Positions 9,409 to 17,531 of a stretch of DNA of 64,000 bases are shown in pieces. Both the position numbers and the translations under genes were made by a program. The notes under the pieces were generated by a model. That model was not told where the DNA came from and made no database searches. It saw nothing but the letters and a program-made list of their open reading frames with translations. How positions within the stretch are numbered: the stretch's first letter is position 1; each line of letters opens with the position of its first letter. Source of the stretch: Chitinivibrionales bacterium (GTDB taxonomy: Bacteria; Fibrobacterota; Chitinivibrionia; Chitinivibrionales; WJKA01); the NCBI GenBank assembly GCA_014728295.1, contig WJLW01000019.1:72527-136526 (forward strand). Direction: 5' to 3'.

Positions 9409-11118
9409 TCACGCAGCCTCTTTCTCAGCCTGCTCTTCAAGCGGAAACGAAATGACGAATGTCGCCCCCAGACCTTCACCATCGCTTTGCGCACAGAGTC
9501 TGCCGCCCATCTCTTTCATGTAATTGGCGCTGCTGTGCAAACCAAAACCATGTCCGTCCTGTTTGGTGGTAAATCCGTGAGCGAATATCTTTTTGATATC
9601 ATCCTGCGCGATTCCCGCACCGCTGTCTCTGACTTTGATGAAGGCATGCGTCTGGCTTTTGTCAATAGTTACCTTGAGCTCCCGCCTCCGGTCGCCCACC
9701 TGCGTCATCGCTTCTTTTGCGTTTTTGAGCAAATTGATAAGCACGTGGACCAGTTTGGTTTTCTGGACATGAACGGGTGGTGTGGGATGATAGTCGCGCG
9801 TGACAACAATGTTGAATTTTTCAATCGAGCCGCTTTGCATGGTCAAGGCATCTTCCACTACATCACCCAGGGCAACTTCCTCCCTCAGAGAACCTGCTCC
9901 GGCATAGCTTTGTTGCGCTGCGATTACCTCACATATTGCATTTACCTTGTCGGTCAACCGTCGCAAGTGAGAAAGTGTTTCTTCGTGCTCTTCTTTAAAA
10001 GCTTCTTCCAGCTTGAGGTAATAGTGCATCAGCTTTTTGCCCTTTGGATTTCGGGCGATAAAATCTTCAAGCGAATCCAGATTTTGGCGCAGCAACCGAT
10101 TTGCCTTGCTCAAGTCTTCGGTATGAGAATTTTCCAGGATCTCATCAATTACGTGTACAGAAGTCGATACGCTATTAAGGATATTGCCTACATTATGCAA
10201 TGTACCGGTGGCGATGTCGGCCATGCCTGCTTTATGCGCTTTTTCCACAATCTCCTGCTGAGCCGCCTCCAACTGTTGCGTACGCTCCTTTACCAGTGAC
10301 TCCAGGTTGTTGGTATATTTTTGAATCGTCTTGCGCATCTCCTCGAAGTTTTCAGCCAGAATGCCAACCTCGTCATCCGACATGGCCTTTATGTGTACGG
10401 AATAATCGCCCTGCGAAATAGTATCGGCCGCGCTCTTGAGTTGATCGAGCGGACGGGTAATGGCATTTGCCTGACGCCGGGCGGCCAGCGAGCCAAAGTA
10501 GAATATCAGCAGCGCCACTCCAAACATGATCAGGGCAAAGGTATAGATTGTCTTTTGTAAATCTCCCTTGGCGCGGGCAATAGCCAGACCCATTGACATG
10601 GTCGTGATCCCGTAGCGAATAGTTCCCTGTCGAACTTCTTCTATGCCGATCGGCGCCGCAAATTCGATTACGTGGTCATCATCAACGCGAGACTTTTTGT
10701 ATTCGATATTATCAATGGCATGCGCCCACAACGCAAGCGAATCTTCCAGCACGCGCACATCTCTGACAACCCCATACGGATTGCCGGCATCAGCCAATGC
10801 CCAGGGCCGCCGTTCGGCATCCATGTAGATACCGTAAATGACGTCAGGATCTTTTTCAACCGTAGCGGCTACCAGCTCCTGTATACCGGAAAATGAGTTA
10901 TCCTCGACCATGCCGCGCAGCGCAATGCGGTTGTTGGCGACCAAGAGATTTCCTTTGCTGATCAGATTGTTTTCGATACGAGACTCAATTTCTTGGAATG
11001 ATTCGCGTATGCTAATGACACCCAGTATCGCGCCGATGACAAGGAGGGCCCCGGTCGAACCGAACAATAGCTGAAAAATCAGCCGCAGCAGCTTATCGCG
11101 AATGCTTACAAAGTTCAT
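9409..11118 (-). CDS. Membrane sensor histidine kinase with periplasmic domain and HAMP
   Basis: Two TM segments; HAMP (ITRPL..L...A..IS.GD...DEVG.LA..F..M); AGMADIATGTLHNVGN H-box; NLLKNA, DSGAG, FTTK..GHGFGL. Confidence 0.92.
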   Translation of the reverse strand: MNFVSIRDKLLRLIFQLLFGSTGALLVIGAILGVISIRESFQEIESRIENNLISKGNLLVANNRIALRGMVEDNSFSGIQELVAATVEKDPDVIYGIYMDAERRPWALADAGNPYGVVRDVRVLEDSLALWAHAIDNIEYKKSRVDDDHVIEFAAPIGIEEVRQGTIRYGITTMSMGLAIARAKGDLQKTIYTFALIMFGVALLIFYFGSLAARRQANAITRPLDQLKSAADTISQGDYSVHIKAMSDDEVGILAENFEEMRKTIQKYTNNLESLVKERTQQLEAAQQEIVEKAHKAGMADIATGTLHNVGNILNSVSTSVHVIDEILENSHTEDLSKANRLLRQNLDSLEDFIARNPKGKKLMHYYLKLEEAFKEEHEETLSHLRRLTDKVNAICEVIAAQQSYAGAGSLREEVALGDVVEDALTMQSGSIEKFNIVVTRDYHPTPPVHVQKTKLVHVLINLLKNAKEAMTQVGDRRRELKVTIDKSQTHAFIKVRDSGAGIAQDDIKKIFAHGFTTKQDGHGFGLHSSANYMKEMGGRLCAQSDGEGLGATFVISFPLEEQAEKEAA

Positions 11119-11139
11119 AACAGATGCCGACAGCCCATC

Positions 11140-11475
11140 TCAACTGCCGGTAACTTCCTCCCTGGAGGATATGAGCGGCATGATTTTATCCAGATAAGCC
11201 AGCTTGACAATATCGAATACGTCGGGATTGTTGTCACACATAAGATTGACGGTTATTTCTTTTTTTCTGGACACGTGATACAACTCCAGAATCTTGCTGA
11301 TAAACCTGCTGTCGGGTAGTGAACACTCGTTAAAATCGAGTATGATATTTTCAAGCTCATCGGTGACCTTTTCGCTCACCTGCTTATAAAACGTCTCGGC
11401 ATCCCGAAATGCAGATATCGATCCGATCAGCTTAATAACGAGAGTCGTATGAGTTGTATCGAGGGCAACTTTCAT
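11140..11475 (-). CDS. STAS-domain protein
   Basis: 111 aa; IILDFNECSLPDSRFIS; start overlaps the stop of the upstream PP2C gene. Confidence 0.75.
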   Translation of the reverse strand: MKVALDTTHTTLVIKLIGSISAFRDAETFYKQVSEKVTDELENIILDFNECSLPDSRFISKILELYHVSRKKEITVNLMCDNNPDVFDIVKLAYLDKIMPLISSREEVTGS

Positions 11476-13262
11476 TCCGGCGTATCCTTTTTGCGGTAGG
11501 TTATGACTACCGGGCTTTTTCCGCCGTCGATAAACTTCAGCGAATCGACAAAACTCTTTACAAGGTGCAAACCGATATTGGCCGCATCCTCTAACGGCTG
11601 AAGATTGGCATCGGCTTCGAGCGCATGCTGATAATTAAATCGTTTGCCCTCATCGGCAACCCCGATAAGTATACGCTCGGTATTCACATGATAGGCGATA
11701 TGAACCCACAGATCACGGTTGTCGTTGTTGCCCTGTTTGACGGCCTTGAGCAAAATCTCGATGATGACCACTCGCATCTGTTTGATGGTGCGATCGTCAA
11801 AACCGTTTCTGTCAAGTTCTTTCAGGATCACATTGCAGCATCCGTCAATATCCGCTTCTCGGTTTATTCGAGTGTAATTCAACTGGTAAACCGATTCATT
11901 CCCGGGAAGCACCCGAGCAAGGCCGGCGACGAATTGACTCTGGGCAATTTCAACGACAACGACGCATACGTCATCGGACCGTTCCTGGTGCTGCATGTAT
12001 TCTGTATTGACTTTCAGGATTGTATCAAGAAACATTTTGCAGTTCATTTGAGCGGCATACTTCTGAACCACATCATGCAATCCTTTTTTGCCGAACATTT
12101 TGCGGTTGTCGTCAAAAACTTCGGTAAAGCCGTCGGTGTACATGATAATTTTATCGCCCTCTTCAAATTGCACAGAAACAACGGGGTATTCGGCGTCGTC
12201 AAACAAACCAAGGTAGAATCCCGTGCTTTTGAGCGAATGCAGGCAATTTTGTCTCTTCTTGAAGTACTGCGGCGGCACATGTCCCGCGCTGGAATAAGTT
12301 GCCGTGCGATGTTCCAGATCAAGTATCATGATAAAAGCGGTAACATACATTTCCGGTGTCGTGCAGGCAGTTATATCTTTGTTGACGCGCTCGAGAATCT
12401 CGCCAGGTGAATGCGATTTCTGTAAATGGCTCCTAAAGGAAGCCTTTCCGATAGCAGTAATCAGGGAGGCGGCAATGCCGTGCCCGGAAACATCAAAGAT
12501 ATATATGGCAACCGTTTTGGCATCCAGTTGCACTATATCGTATAAATCTCCCCCGACTTTTGCGCAGGGGATATATTTCGCTGCAAGTAGCAACAGTTCG
12601 AATTCGGGTATCGACTCAGGCAGAAACTGATGCTGCACCCGCTCGGCAAGATCGAGTTCGTTCTGGATCTGCTGAATGTAAAACTCCCGTTCACTCAGGG
12701 TATCGTTCAGCTTTTGGGTGCGCTCCTTGATTTTATCTTCGAGATTGTTAATATAGTGCCTGTTTTCAAGGGCAAGGTGCCACTTTTTGGTGAGCGCCAG
12801 AGCCGTCTGCTTAAGTGCAACGGCATCAAAGGGCTTGCGCAGGAACAACAGCTTGTCACTGGTTCCCAGCTCGTTGAGAATATCATTCCAGGAATAATCC
12901 GAATACGCAGTACATATGACTATCTCGATATCAGGGTGTCCCGACCAGATTTCTTTTATGGCTTTTATCCCGTCCATGCCGGGAGGCATGCGCACATCCA
13001 TGAAGATGAGTGCATAGGGATCATTGATCTCTTCGGCCCTGCGCACCATTTCCACTGCCTGCTCGCCCTGATATGCGTCATCTATCTGGTATTCGATGCG
13101 TTCCGACACGGGCGCCTGCTCAATGCCTGCTTCATCGCCAAACAGTTCATCGGCCAGTTGGTTAATTTCGCGGTCGGTTTCCCGCCTCGACAGGCCTATA
13201 ACATTTTTAATATCATCGTGAATCGACTTGTTGTCGTCTACAACTAAAATGCGCCGCTTCAT
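11472..13262 (-). CDS. REC - SpoIIE/PP2C phosphatase - RsbW-like HATPase (degenerate) fusion
   Basis: REC (VDD, FMDVRMP, RKPF); PP2C motifs GGDLYD, DVSGHG, SAGH, YTDG, DD; C-terminal EILLKAVKQGN...DEGKRF...GLHLVKSFVD. Confidence 0.9.
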   Translation of the reverse strand: MKRRILVVDDNKSIHDDIKNVIGLSRRETDREINQLADELFGDEAGIEQAPVSERIEYQIDDAYQGEQAVEMVRRAEEINDPYALIFMDVRMPPGMDGIKAIKEIWSGHPDIEIVICTAYSDYSWNDILNELGTSDKLLFLRKPFDAVALKQTALALTKKWHLALENRHYINNLEDKIKERTQKLNDTLSEREFYIQQIQNELDLAERVQHQFLPESIPEFELLLLAAKYIPCAKVGGDLYDIVQLDAKTVAIYIFDVSGHGIAASLITAIGKASFRSHLQKSHSPGEILERVNKDITACTTPEMYVTAFIMILDLEHRTATYSSAGHVPPQYFKKRQNCLHSLKSTGFYLGLFDDAEYPVVSVQFEEGDKIIMYTDGFTEVFDDNRKMFGKKGLHDVVQKYAAQMNCKMFLDTILKVNTEYMQHQERSDDVCVVVVEIAQSQFVAGLARVLPGNESVYQLNYTRINREADIDGCCNVILKELDRNGFDDRTIKQMRVVIIEILLKAVKQGNNDNRDLWVHIAYHVNTERILIGVADEGKRFNYQHALEADANLQPLEDAANIGLHLVKSFVDSLKFIDGGKSPVVITYRKKDTPE

Positions 13263-13349
13263 ACCTGCTCTATTCGATATGCGTTGCTGCCACTATTAAA
13301 TTGTAGTGCAATAGCTGATAAAATGCAATCGGCTTTTCCGAATTCGTCT

Positions 13350-15488
13350 TCAGAACCGAAAACGCATTCCCAGTGAAACATGTCGACCGTATTGACCGAG
13401 CGTGCCGTTCCATACCGTTAAATGATTCTGATCGGTAATATCGGTAATGTTGTCAAGGTAAAGATAAATATCCATAAAATCATATGGGCTGTAGCCGATA
13501 TTCAAATCGAGATAGTAGAAACGATTTGTCGTGGCATAGTTTGCTTCAGAGTCTACTTCTGCGGAACCGGCGGGTGCGGTGCGGTACTTGACCGGAGCGA
13601 CAACCCGCAATGCAGGAGTACAGAATACCTTTTCTTTGAAAAAGCGGGCCGTTGCGCCCAGATTGGCGATATAGCGGGGATAGCTGAGAAGATATCCGTC
13701 CAGATCGACGCGCACGGAATTATAAGCCAGGTCCTTCGGAAAGTTGGTGCCCGTTGCTATCGAATAATACCCGTTCGTCCAGATTTCGTGGCGTTCAAGC
13801 AGCCGCAAAGTAGCATCCACTTCCACTCCCTGAGACTGATAATCACCGGAATTGGCAAAACCCTTATAGCTGATGCCAGAAAGGATATTGATAAACCCTT
13901 TCAATTCCTGCCAATAATAGGTGGCGGCGAATGACACCAGGCCCAATTTCTGCAACCACTGAATGTCAATTTGATTCATTTCCTCAGATTCAACTCTGGC
14001 GCCGGCACTCTGGAAATTTGCCGGGCGAAGGAAACCTTTGTTGTATATAATTTTGAGTGCCGTCTGTTCAAATGGGTATGCCATGAGTGCGACGCGGGGA
14101 TTGAAGTTATAGCTGTCGTCGCCCCGGTCGGGATTGTAATCACCGCGTATGCCCAGCACGAAAGCAAGATAGGTAATCGGCTGTATGTTGAGCATAGCAT
14201 ATCCACCTAACTGATCGTCTTCAAGATATGGATCGGTCCAATAACCGTTTTTCAGATAGCCCAGCTCAAGGGAATCCAACGCCCGCATTGAATCTGTCAA
14301 ACCTATCGATAAAGTATCATCGCGATTTTTGGGATCGTCCGGATTGATATCATTTACGCTCTGATTTGGTCCGATTTTGGTAAATGCGTAATCCATTCCA
14401 CCGTTAAGCTCTATCCGTTCGCTCCAGAATGATTTTTGCACGTCAAGCGAAGTGCCAAATCGTCGATCCATCCAGACAATATTGAAAGGAAGCTTCTGCG
14501 GTTCTCCCTGCACCATCGGAAAATATTCGGCCCGATTGAAATCGGACGATACCTTTGCCGTCGTTACCAAATCGCTGAACCAGTTTTTCTCGTATATACC
14601 CTCAACAAATGTTTTGTGCGTCGTCAAATAATTTTCCCGACCGCGTCCCCATTCAAAGTGCCTATTAAATACCTCGGTAGAAAACGCATAGGCATTGATT
14701 CCCAATTCTCCTGCGTTCCCTTTGAATTGGAGCATATATCCCGGCCGGTGCTTATCGAGCATCGTCGTATAGGCCCCATGCGGATGATCACCATACCCGG
14801 TTGCAGTTTCCAGAATCGGCAGCGTGGTGGCTGCGGACTCGGTTATCTTTCTGCCCCCCTGCTTGGCAAACGAGCCCATCAGCATAAAGTCAACATCCTT
14901 GTTCAATCGCTGACCCACCTGTACATCTGCGACATAATAGTCATCCTGACCAATGCGCACCTGCCCTCTGACCATCCGTTCACCCAGGTCTTCGGCCGTA
15001 CAGGTTATTATGTTGATCACCCCGGCCAGCGCATCCGGACCCCAGACGGCCGAGCCGGGCCCGCGAATTATTTCGATCCGGCTTACATTACTGAGATTAT
15101 TCGGCAATTCGATGATTTGGCCGGGACCGAAATTTTCAATTGAATTCATGCGGTGGCCGTCAATCAGTATGAGGTACTTTTGATTATTATCACTGACATT
15201 TCCCCGCGCGGCAAATACCCATTCATCCCGATCGGCTATTAACGGATAGCCAACGCCTCTTCTGAGTACGTCCTTAATGTCGCGACTGCCCCATTCGCTG
15301 ATTTGCCGGGCCGTCACAACCGTTACATTCGATGGGGCTTCAAAGACCGTTTCCTTTCTCTTCGATGCCGTTGTAATTTCGATATTCATCAAACCGCTAA
15401 GCGACAAGTCGTCAATGACATCGCTGTTTTCTCCGGCGCAAATTGCAACAACAGCAAGAACCGGTAAAATCATTGTTCGTGGAGACAT
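13350..15488 (-). CDS. TonB-dependent receptor
   Basis: Signal peptide; LSLSGLMNIEITTASKR..APS..TVVT plug start; LILIDG; RIEIIRGPGSAVWG..A.AGVINIIT; C-terminal ...LGMRFRF. Confidence 0.92.
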   Translation of the reverse strand: MSPRTMILPVLAVVAICAGENSDVIDDLSLSGLMNIEITTASKRKETVFEAPSNVTVVTARQISEWGSRDIKDVLRRGVGYPLIADRDEWVFAARGNVSDNNQKYLILIDGHRMNSIENFGPGQIIELPNNLSNVSRIEIIRGPGSAVWGPDALAGVINIITCTAEDLGERMVRGQVRIGQDDYYVADVQVGQRLNKDVDFMLMGSFAKQGGRKITESAATTLPILETATGYGDHPHGAYTTMLDKHRPGYMLQFKGNAGELGINAYAFSTEVFNRHFEWGRGRENYLTTHKTFVEGIYEKNWFSDLVTTAKVSSDFNRAEYFPMVQGEPQKLPFNIVWMDRRFGTSLDVQKSFWSERIELNGGMDYAFTKIGPNQSVNDINPDDPKNRDDTLSIGLTDSMRALDSLELGYLKNGYWTDPYLEDDQLGGYAMLNIQPITYLAFVLGIRGDYNPDRGDDSYNFNPRVALMAYPFEQTALKIIYNKGFLRPANFQSAGARVESEEMNQIDIQWLQKLGLVSFAATYYWQELKGFINILSGISYKGFANSGDYQSQGVEVDATLRLLERHEIWTNGYYSIATGTNFPKDLAYNSVRVDLDGYLLSYPRYIANLGATARFFKEKVFCTPALRVVAPVKYRTAPAGSAEVDSEANYATTNRFYYLDLNIGYSPYDFMDIYLYLDNITDITDQNHLTVWNGTLGQYGRHVSLGMRFRF

Positions 15489-15507
15489 AACTCTGCCCTC
15501 GGCTGAA

Positions 15508-16509
15508 TTATTTGATAATGCGGTCTATTTTTTCCAATGCACTTTCATGTAACTGAAGCATATCTTTTGCATTTGCAAAGTTGAGTATTTTGAGTACCGA
15601 GAGCGGCTCCTGCACGACCGCTTCGGCAAAAACGTGATCATTGTCAAGCGCTTCGCGCATTAGCTGTGCAGCCTGCATGCCGATATTGCGATTGTCCGGC
15701 AATACGGCAAGAGTTCCCAGGCTGACCGGCGGTTTGACAAGTACATCTACACCGACCAGGAGAGGAAATTTCAATGATTGTTTTTTTGCAAGCCAGACAT
15801 TCTGCAATAGGTCGCTGTTGAGCAATCCATTGTCATTGGGAATCCACAATGCGTCGACGGAGGTAGTGCGCGAAAAACCGGTGAGTATCCCGGCTAACTC
15901 CCGCGCCATATTACGAGGTTCATTCTTAATTTCCCGTGCGATGATCTCGATGCCCTCCCTGGTGCAGTAGCCTTGCTGCCGTTTGACATAATCACGCATG
16001 AACGCCCGGTACACAACTCCAATTCTGGTCAATGCACCCCCTTGCAGAGAACGCAGACTGATTGCAGACGTTACCAGCGGTACTTCGTATGCTACTCCGG
16101 CAGCATTGTCAATCCGACCAACCGCCTTTTCGATAAATACACCCATTAGCAGAACGGCAGGGATTCTTTCAAGTGAGTCGGCTAAGTCACTTTGAAATTT
16201 GCGATACAGCCTAAAGGACTGATTGTCCATCAGGAAAATTGCTCCGGGATGGAGTGAAGCAATAGCATTGGCAAACTTTGCCCGATCAGTGCCTTTGTCA
16301 ACAATAAGTTCGCTGAAAGAATAGCCGTCTTCTAATTCTTCTTTTATGCCCCGGGCCGCATCGACAAAGCTTTTACCTTCGCATCTGACAATGAGCATCC
16401 GCTCCCCGGCCAATACGGCAAAGCTGATGATAGTCAGCAGACATAAAGATTTCTCGAGTGCCCTGAAGAAAAAAAACTGCCGGGTTTCAGACAATAAAAA
16501 TGTGAACAT
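15508..16509 (-). CDS. Periplasmic ABC-substrate-binding-like protein (type 1 periplasmic binding fold)
   Basis: Hydrophobic leader; RIGVVY, VDALWIPND, G.LAV.PD...IG.QAAQL and LN pattern like the ABC_sub_bind family; no permease or ATPase nearby. Confidence 0.7.
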   Translation of the reverse strand: MFTFLLSETRQFFFFRALEKSLCLLTIISFAVLAGERMLIVRCEGKSFVDAARGIKEELEDGYSFSELIVDKGTDRAKFANAIASLHPGAIFLMDNQSFRLYRKFQSDLADSLERIPAVLLMGVFIEKAVGRIDNAAGVAYEVPLVTSAISLRSLQGGALTRIGVVYRAFMRDYVKRQQGYCTREGIEIIAREIKNEPRNMARELAGILTGFSRTTSVDALWIPNDNGLLNSDLLQNVWLAKKQSLKFPLLVGVDVLVKPPVSLGTLAVLPDNRNIGMQAAQLMREALDNDHVFAEAVVQEPLSVLKILNFANAKDMLQLHESALEKIDRIIK

Positions 16510-16666
16510 ATTTCATAGTTTATATACTTCACACATAAGATGCAAGTAAAATGCAATTGACAAGCGGCCCATCATTCCATGACCATGTGTTCTCTACTCG
16601 AAAATGCCGGATCGCGTGCTATGTGCTCAGAGCTTACTGCAATTGAGACAGGTGAATACCCCTTGA

Positions 16667-17156
16667 TCAGGAGAGCAGCTCCCGCAGCATCTCCAGGTCT
16701 ACCGGTTTCTCAAAGATCAGTCCGCCCTGCGCCGCCAGCGTCTCGACCGGCAATGCTGCTTTATCCCGGGTGCAGAGCACGATACGTGCAGCGGGATTGA
16801 TGGTTTTCACATTGGTGAATACATCTGTTGCCATTTTCCAGTCTGTCGGCTCATCCATGTCAAGTATAATGCTGGTAATTGTGTTATCAAGACAATGATT
16901 GACGGCTTTTTCCGAATCGTCAAACCAGGTCTCTTCAAAGATACCCCGGATGCCATAGAGAAAATTGCGCATAAAATGTGACTGCTTGCCGTAGACAATC
17001 ACTTTTTGTTTTTCCAGCGGAGTCGTGCGAGATTCCGAAACTTCAGGGGCTGGGCTACGCGTGCCCCGTGCCTTTTTTTGCATGGCCTTATCGCGTTTGA
17101 TCTGCGACAATTGTTTCATAATCGCTTTGCGGTTGTCTTCAAAATTGTCCGTCATG
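16667..17156 (-). CDS. Atypical receiver-domain protein with basic N-terminal extension
   Basis: IILDMD, LCT and FEKPVD match a REC fold, but the acidic pocket DD is replaced (VIVYGK); start uncertain (17156 or 17182). Confidence 0.65.
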
Positions 17157-17168
17157 ACAACAATCCTT

Positions 17169-17525
17169 TTAATTGCCAGCATCTTGCTGAGTTAACTGAG
17201 CTTGGACATGTTGGTAAACGCGTTGAATTTCTGCGAGCATACTTGCGGGATTCTCCAAATTTGCTCGGCGTGCGCCGAATTCCAGTTTTTCTGCATGACT
17301 GCCCAGCAGCATCGCACCAACTGTCCGGCTGGTGCTTTTCAGTGAATGGGCATGGCGTTCGAGTGAAGTTGCATCCCCGTTGGCAATATCAGCCGAAAGC
17401 TCCTGCAGCAAACGCGGGGTTTCTTCCAAATAAGCGGCTGCAACTTCGTCGTATATCTCCAGGTCCCCCCCCATTTCCCCCAAGGCCCTCTGCTTGTCGA
17501 TCAAAGCTTCTTCCCGCATATGCAC
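17169..17525 (-). CDS. Hpt histidine phosphotransfer protein
   Basis: AL..MGGD..IY, RHAHSLKSTSRTVGA and LE motifs. Confidence 0.9.
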   Translation of the reverse strand: MHMREEALIDKQRALGEMGGDLEIYDEVAAAYLEETPRLLQELSADIANGDATSLERHAHSLKSTSRTVGAMLLGSHAEKLEFGARRANLENPASMLAEIQRVYQHVQAQLTQQDAGN

Positions 17526-17531
17526 TATCCT

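Noticed and set aside
9322-10299. 325-aa plus-strand ORF (also 57005-58228 and similar long antisense ORFs)
   Set aside because: They lie opposite well-supported genes and have no motifs
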